Of a stretch of DNA of 64,000 nucleotides, positions 23,481-37,188 are shown in pieces (the stretch's first letter is position 1; every line of letters begins with the position of its first letter). Source of the DNA: Eledone cirrhosa (lineage: Eukaryota); the NCBI GenBank assembly GCA_964016885.1, contig OZ024741.1:267096001-267160000 (forward strand). The letters are read 5' to 3'. The translations under genes and the position numbers were made by a program. Under the pieces are notes generated by a model. It was not told where the DNA came from, ran no database searches, and saw nothing but the letters and a program-made list of their open reading frames with translations.

Positions 23481-23920
23481 TTAAAACTCTACATCGGTAT
23501 TGAGTACTCCTTTCTCCCAGTCGTCATCAGCACACGATGTATATATAGATACGTGTGTGTGTATATGTAGCCGAATACTGTGAAAATAAAATCTGCAGAA
23601 TATAAGAAATCAACATTTCAGATGTTTGAATAACATCGATTGGTTCCCCTGGTAACACCGGTTATCGCTTACATCGTTATTAAATAAAAAGATGAACAAA
23701 AAGCCGACATCGCGAAACGGTTATAAATAAATAAATAAATATGACCCTCCCAAAGTATAATAAATAAATAAATATATATATATATATATATCGGGTCGAA
23801 AGTGTTTATTTGAAACTTCTATATTCTAGGCGATGTTGTTTATGGTGATAAAACAATGTCAAAACAAAACGAAATATTGAAATCAAATTCATAATATAAA
23901 AATATATCACACACACAAAA

Positions 23921-23966
<46 letters not shown>

Positions 23967-24128
23967 TATATATATATATAAATGGGGAATTAGTAGCTTT
24001 AATAAAGTTATTACTAATCAAGGTGCGCAGCGACCTTCGCATGACCGAGTCTATCTCGCACTGTTTCATGTCTTTCTCTCACTTAACAATCACGTACATA
24101 CATATATAAGTGTGTGATTATATGTAAT

Positions 24129-24159
<31 letters not shown>

Positions 24160-24562
24160 CACACACAATATATATATATATATATATATATAGGTTAAGA
24201 TGTAATAATACAACTTTATCGGAGGTGAGAAAATCTTAAAACAAGAAAGAAAAACCATCAATCAAAAGAAAAAAAGAGAATACAATAAAAGTAATTATAT
24301 ATAAATAATTAAAAACTATCTATCTATTTATATGTAGAGATAGATAGATAAGTTTCTATTTATTTGCCACGAGGGCATCTAGAAATAGATAGAGAGAGAG
24401 AACACGTAACAGACATGTATACAGAGAAAAAAAAGGTGTGTTATAGAAAGAATAACAGATAACTGGCAAAGCTGGACAATGCTGATAGATTATAATTATA
24501 CATCATCGAGGTTCGTATGGTAAATGTACGGACTGGTTGGTGAGTTGGTGTATATAAGAAAC

Positions 24563-24610
24563 ATGAAGAGGATTATAATATTTCCGAATGGATCAAGTAC
24601 AGACGGCAAG
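24563..24610 (+). CDS. KCTD9: KCTD9 first coding exon
   Basis: ATG..AAG|GTAATT encodes MKRIIIFPNGSSTDGK, matching the human KCTD9 N-terminus MRRVTLFLNGSPKNGK. The phase-0 donor is compatible with the exon at 60472. Confidence 0.85.
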
Positions 24611-24769
24611 GTAATTTAATTAATTAATTGATTGATTGATATTGCACCTAACTAATATAGTAATTCTTTACGTAATTATGTTTACACACACACAGATGTA
24701 TAATATATATTATGAACTTGTTTGTGTATATACACACATATTTAATTTGTATAATTAGCTTGTGTGTGT

Positions 24770-24774
24770 GTATG

Positions 24775-24855
<81 letters not shown>
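24770..24855. repeat. (TA)n microsatellite; others at about 23770-24190, 28465-28570, 30078-30205 and 39200-39425
   Basis: Read directly from the sequence. Confidence 0.95.
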
Positions 24856-24862
<7 letters not shown>

Positions 24863-25336
24863 GGCGATCGAAACGGTAAAGCTTAACCATCGGACAGAAA
24901 ATCCTCATTATTTACACTACTTTTCGTAAGTATAGACACTTAGTTAAATAATAATGGCGTTACCGGTCTTAACCAGTAACATTCCACACACACATAACTA
25001 TCTATCGCTCTATATATATGGTGAGGGGTATATGTTTCTGTAAATGTGATGAAACCAATTGAAACTTGCTCTCTATCCTTACTTGATCTTCTTTACAAGA
25101 TGGTCACATCTCTTTCACATATGTTCGACGTACTCTACTTTTACGTTTCATTACAAGTCTTATTAATATTATTTTGTATTTATTTCATGTTTTATGGAAT
25201 TAATCTGTCTCTATCCTCATTTATATATAGCTTCGTCCAGCCCCACATGTATTGTAAACTCCAATATTTACAGAATTATATTGGCAATCCATGTGGCTAA
25301 TAGAATTATTATTGTATTCGGCAATATGATAAGTGA

Positions 25337-25455
25337 GGGTGCGTGGCCTAGTGGTTAGAATGTTGGACTTACAATTATAAAGTTATGCATTTGATTCATT
25401 GATAGAGTAACGCGTTGTGTTCTTGAGCAAGTTGCTTCATTTCAGATTGCTTTTC
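25337..25455 (+). mobile_element. Partial SINE family B (tRNA head and CORE)
   Basis: GTGGCCTAGTGGTTAGA...GTGTTCTTGAGCAAGTTGCTTCATTTCA. Confidence 0.7.
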
Positions 25456-25779
25456 ATTGGGGTCATTCCCTATCATTAGAACACTCAAGAAACCACCTTT
25501 AAGATACAACCCCATAAGAGGCCAGCTAAACCTACAAAAGTGTATGCTGTGAATTTCCTTTGTTTCATTTCATGATACATTTAATATGTGAGTGGGTGTG
25601 TGAGGGTTTCACAGGGACAGGCCCCATGTTATGTGGGCAGTGTAGTCCAGTGAATATGTGAGTGGGTGTGTGAGGGTGATAATGAGATGACAGGAGATTG
25701 CAGAGATGGTGGGACACCAGATGGAGGTTTGAGTAACATATACAGCAGAAGATCCAAATGTAGAAATGTAACCTCCATT

Positions 25780-27265
25780 ACTCTCACTATTTTAATGTTC
25801 ATATCACCATGTTTGCATGCATGGGTGGGTGTTCTTCAGTACTCCTTAACACAAATCATCACAGTCGTTTGTCATTTCTTTAATGAGGTTCACCATCCTA
25901 ACATCAGTATTCATTACTTCATCTCATGACTTCTTAGGGCTATTTCTTCCACAGGTTCCAATCAACATCAGTTTTTATTACTTCATCTCAACACTTCTTG
26001 GGTCTATCTCTTCCACAAGTCTGAACCACTGAGACTCCTCTGTATTTCTTTATACACTTGTCATCCCCCATACACATCACATATCAGCACAATCTTCACT
26101 CTTGTACACTATATCTGATTCCTCATATACCCAGATTTTCTCTCAGCTCATTTGTACTTCTATGATAGGACTGGGGTCCCTATCGTGGAAAAGCTTGAGA
26201 AACCTCCCATAATATGCAACTTTGCTAGGAAGCCAGTTCGCCTTCTCCATCCTGTCCGCCGGGGCTGTATGTGTGTGTGTGTGTGAGAGGGGGGGGGGGG
26301 GCATCGCGTAACATTGCATATTTAGGTATCTGTGTTCTCACATGTAGACGCACGCCCTTTACAATTCATGGGTTAAACAAGGGTAATATTGTTACCTGCT
26401 ATAGGTGAGAGCTGTAAATTTGATTTGTTAAGTTTCATTTGTGCTTTGATGTTCATTTATACACTAACATTACACTTCCACAAGAACATGCTCACTTAAT
26501 TTTTTTTCTAGGTGTTGAAAATCCTCTGCATTTAAAGCAGCCCACATCTTTCTGTCATGCAGCAGGATACTTCATAAAGTCTACCCTACTTCATACAGCA
26601 TTGTACAGTCTACTCTTCACTTGGAGAGAATTTCTTTGTTGTCAGTAGAGCTAATAACTCCCTGAACTTTTTCCAACCAGTTCTTACTCTAGCTACTATG
26701 TTTTCAGAACACCCACCTTCACTGCTAATTAAGTCACTCAGTAAACAAAGGCTGTCAACTCTTTCTAGGGAGCTGGCTGAGCATTTGAGAGACACTAAAA
26801 CTAGTCATCGGTAAGTCTAAGTTCAGGGTTTTTGATCCCATATTTGGAATTTCTTCTTAAATTTACTGCAGATTCAGCTATCAGCATTTAGAAGCTCTCA
26901 CATTTAATGAGCCTTAAACATCTCTGTTATGGCATGGAGGACTATGATATACAGGAGGAGACAGGATTGAGTCCTAGCGAATCCCTACTTTCATGCTAAA
27001 TTCGTCACAGTACTTATTGTTAACTTTAACCTTGCTAACGGCACCTCTGTACATGCCTTTCATGGCCCTTGCAAAGCTTTCATTTACCACAGGTTTCCTT
27101 AGCAACCACCAGACTACATAGTGTCAAACCCTTCTTCAGATCGAGAAATGTTTGATAGAGGGGTTTACTCCTAGTCAAGTTATTTCCCTATGAACAGGGC
27201 ATCAGTAGTACCTCTTCCTGGCAAAAATCCAACCTGTATTTCATTTAGGTTAATTTTGTCCCTAA
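25780..27265 (-). mobile_element. Heavily decayed RTE LINE
   Basis: SEGGCSENIVARVRTGWKKFRELL at 26610-26795, plus RT remnants up to 27265. Confidence 0.7.
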
Positions 27266-28465
27266 TTAATAGACTATAATGAACAAGAGCGGGCTGAGGA
27301 CCGAACCCTGATGTACACCTACTTGTATCTGGAACTCCTCACTAAACTCCATTCCTATTCTCACTTTACTGACAGCACCCCTGTACATAGCTTTCACTGT
27401 CCTCACAAGCCATTCTTCTACACCTAGTTTCCTTAGGGACCACCAGATGATAGATCGGGGTACCCTATCAACAAAGGCCTTATCTAGGTCAGCAAAAGCT
27501 AAGTATAGTGACTTATTCTTCTCTAAGAACCTCTCTTGTAGTTGTCTCATTAAGAAGAGGGCATCTGTTGTACTCTTCCAAGGCACAAAACCAAACTGCA
27601 TCTCATCTAATTTGACACTTTCTCTAACCAGTTGCGCTAATATTCTCTCTGCCACTTTCATAACATGATCCATCAGCTTCATGCCCCTATAATTGCTCCT
27701 CTCTAGAGCATCCCCTTTACCTTTGTAGCAATTTATGAGAATACTGCTGCACCAGTCTTTGAGTATGACACCACCATATATAGCTTGATTAATGATGTGT
27801 GCAACCAGTTTAGTGCCTACGTCTCCTGATGCCTTCAGCATAATCAGCAACTATCCCCGACGGTCCAGCAACCTTACCATTCTTCATTTCCTTAGTTGCC
27901 TCTTGTACCCTATATTCGTCAATCTCAATACCTGGTCCCTCTGTCGGGTCTATTGGGGATAATTTCTCTCTGTCCTATTCGTTCTCCACATTCATCAGTC
28001 TCTCATAATGACTTTTCCAGGCCTCCTTTTTTTTATCATTTGTGACACTAAGTACCGGCATCATTCTGGACACATTTATCTCCAACAACATCCTGATTTG
28101 TATTGACACACTGCTTTGCAATGTGGAACACCACACGACTCTGATCTTCCCGTCACAGAACATTGGCAAACCTCCTACTCTCAGCCTCCCTGCGTACTAA
28201 GTACACCTGACGTCTAGCTTCTCTCTTAGCGGCTGTGTATCGGTCTCTACTCTAGTTTCCATGCCAGTCTTTTGTCTCTAATGGCCCTAACTGCCGTGCT
28301 GTTCCACCAGCAGGTCACTCTCTGTCTGGTTGAAGTTCTGCCCCAACCACAGTAGCCTGCAGTAAGTTGTCATGCAAGAAATTCCAGTTATCATCTATGT
28401 CATACAACTCTAAATCGTCTTTTTTTTCGTCATACACATCTTGAAGGGCTTTGCTAAATTTATAA
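27266..28465 (-). mobile_element. RTE LINE subfamily A fragment
   Basis: YKGKGDALERSNYRGMKL, QFGFVPWKSTTDA and VGVHQGSVLSPLLF; closely similar to 14700-15830. Confidence 0.9.
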
Positions 28466-28466
28466 G

Positions 28467-28498
<32 letters not shown>

Positions 28499-28676
28499 CA
28501 TTGTTCCTGTCTAAGATTTAACTATATATATATATAAATGTATAAATGTATATATATATATATACATATAATACTGTACCGATTGGGTTGTTATTTCTAT
28601 TTACCTTTTACATATATATGAGAAAGAAACAGGGTATAAGAGGGATAAGTTGTGGTGTGCAGGAGAGAAGGCTGGA

Positions 28677-29530
28677 TCGTGTGCGTGGTAACCACACATC
28701 AGTAGACAACACCCTTAGTCAGGCATATTCCCTGCAGGGGGCACTCTTCACAGACATGGCAGTTACATGTCCGTGCATAATTTTTGTAAATCCCGTTACG
28801 TGGTCCTGGCATCTTATTTGGGTTCTCACCGGCGGAGTGGTGGACTCAATGTTCACCACCTGCTAGTCTCTGTTGGCAGGTGTGGGGCCCTCCATGGCCG
28901 CAGCTCTGTCCCCAGGCACATCCCTTTTTTTTTATATATGTGCCACCCACGCTATATGCGATTAGTGCAGGGATATGTGTTGCCTTAACATTTAGGCATA
29001 TTGTGCAGACACCTTCGGACTCATACCGCCACGTGATCGGGTTGGGTCAAAGCCTCAAAAGCGCAGCGTGTGGAGATGGATGAGGGGGTACTCATCAAGT
29101 ATGTGCCTCCGGTGTGGGAGCATGCGGGTGCATGTATGTAGGTGAGTCCACACAGACATGCATGAACACGGGTGTGCGCATGCCTGGGTCATGTATTTGT
29201 CTGAGCATGTCTGCGTGGGGGTACGGATGACTTTCCATGGATTTTTCTTTTCTCATCTGTCTGTATATGTGCAGCGTCTTGGCTATGCGCACTCCCCTGA
29301 GTCCAGTGTGTGAGTGTAGACTTGGGTCTATTTGCTGAAAACACCTTTGATATAGCCTTTCTGTTTGAAAGGCTGTTGATAGCTTTCATTTAAAAACGTT
29401 CTTAATACAGGTTTTTTCTTTTTGAAATATGTATGGTGGAGGGTATTTTAAGGCTGTGTCCTACAAATGTTATGCTAAATATCCCTAAGATTTGTTTTTT
29501 AAAAAAATTCCCTGCCAAACATTATTTACA
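28677..29530 (-). mobile_element. Penelope-like element relic (RT/GIY-YIG linker)
   Basis: The minus strand at 28680-28775 translates as TCNCHVCEECPLQGICLTKGVVY*CVV, the Cys-rich linker and start of GIY-YIG typical of Penelope-like elements. MKAINSLSNRK at 29389 resembles the preceding linker motif. Confidence 0.7.
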
Positions 29531-29576
29531 ATCACTGCCGCATACAGCATAATTTCGGGGGTGTGTACCTGACCGC

Positions 29577-30071
29577 TGTAGAATAGGGCGCCTAGGGACA
29601 ATGAAGACGTCGAAGTGCCAGCCGTTCAAGATTACAGCCCCTCTCCCACCACAGTAGTAATTCTGATATATGGAGAAATTTTGATTGACAGGTGGAGAAC
29701 GAGAAGAACCAAGCAGTGGGCAACCATGAGTGGCTAGAAATACCGGTGACGTGTACAATTCTTGACCACTCATGGAATGACAACAACAGGATCTAAATCA
29801 ACAAATGAAGAAATTCGATGTTAAAGGACAATAGGAAAATCTGCTTCGTAGAATCGAGACGTATCCGAGGACTGCACCATTTCAGAGTCAGGTTTGATCA
29901 CCACATCGATCGTGCCTCGAGCTGGTCGCCCGAGAAACAATTGTAATATGTCCAATAAATTCCTTTCGTCACAACACAGATTCTCTTTTTTCTGTGATAT
30001 CATACTCTGCTCTACGAGGGCATCGAGTGCTCATACGGCCTACCGCATACGGACGCTTTAAGCATCCAACA
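29577..30071 (+). mobile_element. Putative solo LTR
   Basis: TGTAG...ACA ends, an internal AATAAA at about 29953, and conserved blocks shared with 37189-37580. No TSD was found. Confidence 0.45.
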
Positions 30072-30084
30072 CCAATTATATATT

Positions 30085-30134
<50 letters not shown>

Positions 30135-30204
30135 AATTATATTTTTATATATATATATATTTATATATATTAATTATATTTTTATATATATATATATATT
30201 ATAT

Positions 30205-32463
30205 ATCATCATCATCATCATCACCATTTTACGTCCGTTCTTCCACGCTAGCATGGGTTGTCCTGTTGTGGGCAGTGTCCGGTCGGCTGACCCTGTCTTG
30301 CTCATATGGGAACTGATTCTAGCTTGATTTCTACAGCTGGATGCCCTTCCTAACACCAACCTCATTTACAGTGAGTGCTGGGTGCTTTTTTTCCGTGGCG
30401 CCTACACATCCACTTTACAATGTGGGCTGGGTGCTTTTTTGCCATGGCTTGTACCCGTGGGGGGTCGGGTTTTCAGTATTACTGCGTGACACCATAGGTC
30501 ACGGTCGTGTTGAGAGGTGTAATTGGGTAAGGTCAGCTTTTATCACCTCATCCCAGGTCTTATTGGGTCTCTCCACTCCGCGGTTTCCATCAACTTCTAG
30601 TGCTCTGCACCTTTTTATGCAGCTGTCATCCTTCATACGCATCACATGTCCATACCAACGCAGCCGCCTCTCCTGCACACAGCATTTGATTCCTCTTATG
30701 CTCAGTCTCTCTCTCAATTCATTTATACTTTGCCGTTTGCATATATTACTATTACACATCCATCGGAGCATGCAGGCTTCGTTTCTTTCTAATCTATGCA
30801 AGTCTTCCACAGACAGCACCCAGGTTTCACTACCATGTAACATTGCTGTTCGTATACACGCATCATACAGTCTGCCTTTCATTTTGAGGGAAAAGCCTTT
30901 TGCAGCTAGCAGTGGCAGTAGCTCCCTGAACTTCTTCCATCCCGTTCTTACCCTAGTTATTGTACTTTCCGAACATCCACCTCCGCTGCTAATTCGGTCA
31001 CCTAGGTAGCAGAAGCTGTCTACTGTTTCTACAGAACCCTCCCAGAGATTGGTGGTACTTGTTTCCTGTGGCTGTTTGCTGCTTGCTGTCCCGGTGCAGC
31101 TGCTACATGTAAAGTCTACATTCTTAATTAAGCTTCCTGAGATCCCGCCACATCTCGTGTGTACCCATTGTTTGCATTTGGGACAGAGAATGGAGTTCCT
31201 ACCTACACCTTTCCTACATACTAAGCAAGGCCATTTCCCTGAAGGGATCTGGGTTCTTTTTTCTCGTCTACTTACAAGGACTTTAGTCTTTGTCAGGTTG
31301 AGTTTGAGACCCTTTCTTTCTAGTTTCTGCTTCCAAGTTTGGAATTTCTTCTCTAGTTCTATCATAGATTCAGCTATAAGTGCGAGGTCATCTGCATACA
31401 GGTGTTCCCATGGGCATCCGGTCTTAAACTCCTCCGTTATTGCCTGCAGAACTATGATGAACAGGAGAGGTCTAAGAACAGAGTCCTGGTGGACACCAAC
31501 TTGTACGCTAAATTCCTCGCTATAGTCATTGCTAATCCTAACTTTGCTGACTGCTCCCCTATACATGCTTGTACAGCTTTCACAAGCCATTCATCTACTC
31601 CTAGTTTTCTAAGAGCCCACCAGATTATAGCATGGAGAACTCTGTCAAAGGCTTTCTCAAGATCGACGAATGCCAGGTAGAGTGGCTTACTTTTAGCTAG
31701 GTACTTTTTCCTGTAACTGCCTCACAATGAAGAGGGCATCAGTGGAACCTCTTCCTGGCACAAACCCAAATTGCATTTCATCTAGTTTCACCCGGTCCCT
31801 AATCAACTGTGCTATAACTCTCTGTTACTTTTATGACCTGGTCCATTAGCTTTATACCTCCATAGTTTCCTCTATCTAGTGCATCACCTTTGCCTTTGTA
31901 GCAGTTGACAATGATGCTACTACATCAATCCTTTAGTATGACACCTTCTAGTATTACCTGGTTAACAATACGTGTGGTTATAGTGTGACCTACCGACCCA
32001 GATGCCTTCAGCATCTTGGCAGCTATACCCGATGGACCAGTTGCCTTCCCCGTCTTCATATCTTTGATTGCCTTACTTACTACGCTGCTGCTGACTTGTA
32101 CTGATGGCCCCTCTATAGGGTCTACTTGGGGTAGGGTCTCTTCTTCCCATGCATTCTCCTCATTTAGTAATCTATCATAATGGCTCTTTCATGCATCTTT
32201 CTTCTCAGCACTTATGAGAGCAAGCTCATCTTTATCATTCCGGATACACTTATCTCCAATGACATCACAGTTCTCTCTGACACACTGCCTCGCAATCTTG
32301 AACACCTGTTTTGGGTCCTCACATTGCAAGACATGCTTGAATTTTCTATCCTCCGCTTCCCTTCTAGCTCCCCTTAATGTACCCTGCTTCCCCTGTTCTT
32401 CCATTCTTTCCATGCCTGTCTCTTGGCCTTAACTGCCTCATCTACCTTATTGTTCCACCACCA
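30205..32463 (-). mobile_element. RTE LINE subfamily B, 5'-truncated
   Basis: ORF 30499-31590 contains LYADDL, a PHD finger and RRLRWYGHV; (CAT)n tail at 30205. Confidence 0.93.
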
Positions 32464-32497
<34 letters not shown>

Positions 32498-32517
32498 ATT
32501 TATATATATATATATAT

Positions 32518-34397
32518 ATCATCATCATCATCAATGTTTAACGTCTATCTTCCATGCTAGCATGGGTTTAGACAGGAATTGTCCTACTTGAGGCAAGATT
32601 GGTCGGGTGACCATGTCTTGCTTTGCTCGTATAGGGCTGTCTGGCAGGTTATCTACAGTTGGATGCCCAACCACGTTTACAGTGTGGAACTGGGAGGTTT
32701 TTACCGTGTTACCTCCATGGCCACATTACAGTGTTTTTTCTCATGACACCTACACGATCTCAATCTCATTATCTCATTTATTTGGACTGGATGTTGTGGT
32801 ATCAACTTTACAGATTTTTACAGGTTTTTCTGGGTCTACCTACTCCGTAACTTCCCTCAATTTTAATCGCCCTGCACTTTTTTTATACAACTGTCGTTTT
32901 TCATGAGCATCACGTGACCATACCAACGTAGTCTTCTTTCGAGTAAACAGCATCAGATCCCTCTTATTCCTAATTTCTCACTTAGTTCATTTATGCTTTG
33001 CCGTTTGCGTATATTACTATTACACATCCATTGGAGCATGGATGCTTTGTTCCTCTCCAGTCTGCGGAGATCCTCTGCACACAAAGCCCATGTCTCACAG
33101 CCATGTAACATTGCTGTTCGTATGCAGGCATCATACAATCTGCCTTTCATTTTTAGAGAGAAACCTTTAGGAGTCAACAGTAGTATAAGCTCTCTGAACT
33201 TTTTCCATCCCGTTCTGACTCTGGCTACTGTACTTTCAGAGCACCCTCCACCACTGCTAATTTTGTCACCCAGGTAACGGAAGGTGTCCACTTTTTCTAT
33301 AGAACCATCTGGGCAATAGAAGGAGCTAGTATCCTGTTGGCACTTGCTACTTATTGCACCTGAGCATCGGCCACATTAAGGTTCTTAGATAGCTTACCTG
33401 TGATCCCACTACATCTTTTATGTACCCATAATTTGCATTTGGGACATAATATGGAATTTCTGCCTACTCCTTTCCTACACACTGAGCATGGCCATTTCCC
33501 ACAGGGTACGCATTTTCCTTTCTACAAACTAGAACTTTAGTCTTAGACAAGTTAACTTTAAGGCCTTTTGATTCTAGGCCATGCTTCCATGTTTGGAATT
33601 TCTTCTCTAGTTCGCCATCGATTCAGCTATGATAGTTAGATCAACTGCGTATAGAAGTTCCTATGGGCAGCCGGTCTTGAACTCCTCTGTTATAGCCTGA
33701 AGGGCAATAATAAATAGGAGGGGGCTAAGAACAGAGCCCTGATGAACACCAACTTTTATGCTAAACTCTTCACTATATTCGTTGTTAATTCTAACCTTAC
33801 TGACTGTTTCTTTATACATAGCTTGTATAGCTCTCACAAGCCATTCATCTACACCTAGTTTTCTAAGAGCCCACCTGATAATGGAGCGGGGTACACTGTC
33901 AAAGGCTTTCTCCAAGTCAACAGAAGCTAAGTATAGGGATTTACTTTTAGCTAGGTACTTTTCCTGTAGTTGTCGTAAAGGAAAAGAGCGTCCGTGTTAC
34001 TTTTACCTGACACAAACCCAAACTGCATTTCATCTAGATCAATTCGCTCTCTGATTAGTTGCGCTATAACTCTTTCTGTGACCTTCATGACCTGGTCAAT
34101 CAATTTAATGCCTCTATAGTTTCCCCTATCTAGGGCATCTCCTTTACTCTTGTAGCAGATAATGATGATGTTGCTATGCCAGTCATTTGGTATGACTCCA
34201 TTCTGTATGACTTGGTTTACTATCCGGGTGACCATAGTGTGTCCCACCATTCCAGATACTTTCAGCATTTCAGCAACTATCTCCGAAGGCCCAGCTGCCT
34301 TGCCTGTCTTCATATCTTTGATTGCCTTACTTATTATACAACCTTCAACTTGCACTGCTGGTCCCTCTATTGGATCGATTTGGGGCAGACTATCTTT
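32518..34397 (-). mobile_element. RTE LINE subfamily C, 5'-truncated
   Basis: RT ORF fragments at 32953-34397; (CAT)n tail at 32518. Confidence 0.92.
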
Positions 34398-34427
34398 TAT
34401 ATATATATTTATATATATATATATATA

Positions 34428-34690
34428 TATCATCATCATCATTTTATGTCCGCTCGCAAGGGTGGGACGGGTCTTATTCAGCACAGCATCTCTCCATTTG
34501 TCACGGTCCTTCGTCATCTCCACCGTGAGCTTCAGCGATCTGAGGTCTGTTCTCACCACCTCTGCCCATGTTTTTCGTGGTCTACCTCTACCACGTCTTC
34601 CTTCAACTGTCATTTCCTGGCACTTCTTCACCCATCGGTCATCCTCCATGCGCATCACATGTCCATACCACCTCAGTTTCCTCTCCCGCA
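34428..34690 (-). mobile_element. Short 3' end of RTE subfamily A
   Basis: RKLRWYGHVMRMEDDRWVKK..RGRPRKTW followed by a (CAT)n tail. Confidence 0.88.
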
Positions 34691-34810
34691 CAGGTGGGAT
34701 TTCAGTTTTACTGTCAAGTTCACATGAAATACACAGCAAGAAAAAATGGACATTAGATGATGATGATGATGATGATGATTATGTATGTATGTATGTATAT
34801 ATATATGTAT

Positions 34811-35160
34811 GGAGGCACATGGCTTAGTGGTTAGAGCATTGGCCTTGCAATCGAAAGGTTGTGAGTTCAATTCTCAGACCGGGTGATGTGTTGTTTCCTT
34901 GAGCAAGACACTTTATTTCACATTGCTCCAGTTTACTCAGCTGTAGAAATGAGATGATAGGGACTGGGGTCCATATCATTCCACTGCAAAGTGGATGTGT
35001 AGGCGCCATGGCAAAAAAGCACCCAGCACTCACTGTAAATGAGGTTGGTGTTAGGAAGGGCATCCAGCTGTAGAAATCAAGCCAGAATCAGTTCCTGTCC
35101 CACCCTTGCAAGCAGGGAAAAAGTGGACATAAAATGAAATGATGATGATGATGATGATGA
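34811..35160 (+). mobile_element. Full-length SINE family B (tRNA head, CORE, RTE tail)
   Basis: GGAGGCACATGGCTTAGTGGTTAGAGC..GAGTTCAATTC..CCTTGAGCAAGACACTT..GCAAGCAGGGAAAAAGTGGACATAAAATGAAA(TGA)n. Confidence 0.88.
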
Positions 35161-35975
35161 CTGCTGCACCACTTGGGTATGACACCACCATATATAGCCT
35201 GATTGATGATGCGTGCAACCAGTTTAGTGCCTACTTCTTCTGATGCCTTCAGCATCTCAGCAACTATGTCCGACGGTCCAGCAGCCTACCTTTCTTCATT
35301 ACCTTAATTGCCTCTTGTAACCCTATATTCGTCAATCTCAATAGCTGATCCCTCTGTTGGGTCTACTGGGAGTAATTTCTCTCTCTCCCATTCGTTCTCC
35401 ACATTCATCAATCTCTTATAATGACATTTCCAGCCTCCTTTTTTTGATCATTCGTGACACTAAGTATACTATGTCTGGTTGAAGTTCTGCCCCAACCACA
35501 AGTTTCTTCAGTAGCCTGCAGTAAGTTGTCACGCAAGAAATTCCAATTATCATCTATGTCATACAGCTCTAAATCGTCTTCTTTTTCGTCATACACATCT
35601 TGAAGGGCTTTGCTAAATTTATATTTTAATGAAAGGTCCTTTAGCTTCCAGACCTTTCTTTTCCACACCTTCCTGTATGTCTCATTCTATCTCTTGCTTA
35701 CTGAGATATCACTAACGACTAACCTATGCTGTGGGGTTCATTCTTGCCCGGGGCATGCCTTAGTATTTGACACCATCTGTCTGTCTCGCTGTCTAACTAA
35801 CAGGAAGCCAATCTGGCTTATGTGCTCACCTGATTTGTAGATTATTAGGAGGTTGGTAGGCTTCTGGAAGTTAGTGTTGCAAATGGTTAGTGCACTTGCA
35901 TCACAAAATTCAAGAAGCCTCACTCCTTCAACATTTCTTGAGCTGTAACCGTGTCCACCATGTACCCCAGTGTAT
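35161..35975 (-). mobile_element. RTE subfamily A fragment including part of the APE endonuclease
   Basis: RLLEFCDASALTICNTNFQK..YKSGEHISQIGFLLV; RKVWKLKD. Confidence 0.85.
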
Positions 35976-36024
35976 CCATCCTGGACGTAAAATGATGATG
36001 ATGATATACATATATATATATATA

Positions 36025-37109
36025 TCTACACATATATATAAAACTGAAATTGTCTGTGTGTTTGTCCTAATTTTTGCAAAGTCTATACAAATCCAGATTT
36101 CTACTCCGATTAAACTTGCATTTATATATTCCTTGAGGTCTAAAGATATTAACTGCAGCTTTTATTTTTCAATTTTCTGTTGTTAAAGGCGTGTTAGGCG
36201 CCGGCTATCGATCTCTCTGTCTTTCTTAGTCTGTCTATTTAGAAAGATACATAGCTATAACATCACGCCCTTATAATATCTGTCTGGCTGTCTGCATTAC
36301 GACATTATGACAAATATTGTTCTCATTGCTGACGTATTATCTTCGCTATTTTCCGTTCATTGCCAGGGAACGTCTTCATGAACCAAAGTATCGTCTTCCT
36401 GTTTTCCTTCGGTTGCAACGTTTTTCGAAATATTTACTTCTGCATTCACAGATTGTTTTTTTTAGTTTCAGAAGATCCCGGTAAGGGTGAAAGCAGCGAT
36501 TCTTTGCTTAAATTTTAATCTGTTATTTTAATATATATATATAATTATATATTCGTGTACAAATATTTTTGCATACACAAAAACAAAATATAAACGAAAG
36601 TACAGATGGCTTATCGTCATTGTTACTGCCGATATGCCACCCAAAAAGTCCCACTACTTTTGGCACAAAGCCAGCAATTACATAGTCAACCGTTCGGAAA
36701 TCACATGCATCACTGACGAGTTTACTCCTTACTCTACCAGTTAGTCTTAGTGTACTTTGTCCTGCTTTTAGGTCATGCCTCAAAGGAAGAGATACTCCAT
36801 TGGCCGAAATACTGCAAAAGCAGCAAGAAAAAGAACAAGAGGAGCAAACGAATCGTCAGTGGAATCTGCTATTCGAGGGTCGCAAGATGCTGAACATACT
36901 GCCACCAGAAGAGCACTTGAAACACAACCAACGAACCATTCGCTGAACCGTGTCACCTTTGCAATGTCTATCAACAAATCCCAGGGTCAGACCCTAGCTG
37001 TTGCTGGTCTTCTTTTGGAAGAGTCATGTTTTTCACACAGGCAACTATACGTTGGCTGCTCAAGAGTGGGAAGCAAGACAAATCTCTTTGCATATGCCTG
37101 ACGTGTGTG

Positions 37110-37140
<31 letters not shown>
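36025..37140 (+). mobile_element. Internally deleted Helitron (RepHel N-terminus fused to the helicase C-terminus)
   Basis: The element starts A|TCTACACATATATATAAAA. ORF 36775-37101 joins MPQRKRYSIGR..RRALETQ directly to FAMSINKSQGQTL..CFSHRQLYVGCSRV. Segment 36330-36535 is shared with 59540-59895. Confidence 0.8.
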
Positions 37141-37143
<3 letters not shown>

Positions 37144-37188
37144 CGCGTGGATGTATGGACAAGCAAACACAGCAGTAATTTATTGAAG

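Noticed and set aside
34811-34885. tRNA genes at SINE heads (also 45322 and 40634)
   Set aside because: The A/B boxes continue into SINE bodies, and there is no complete cloverleaf with an acceptor stem.
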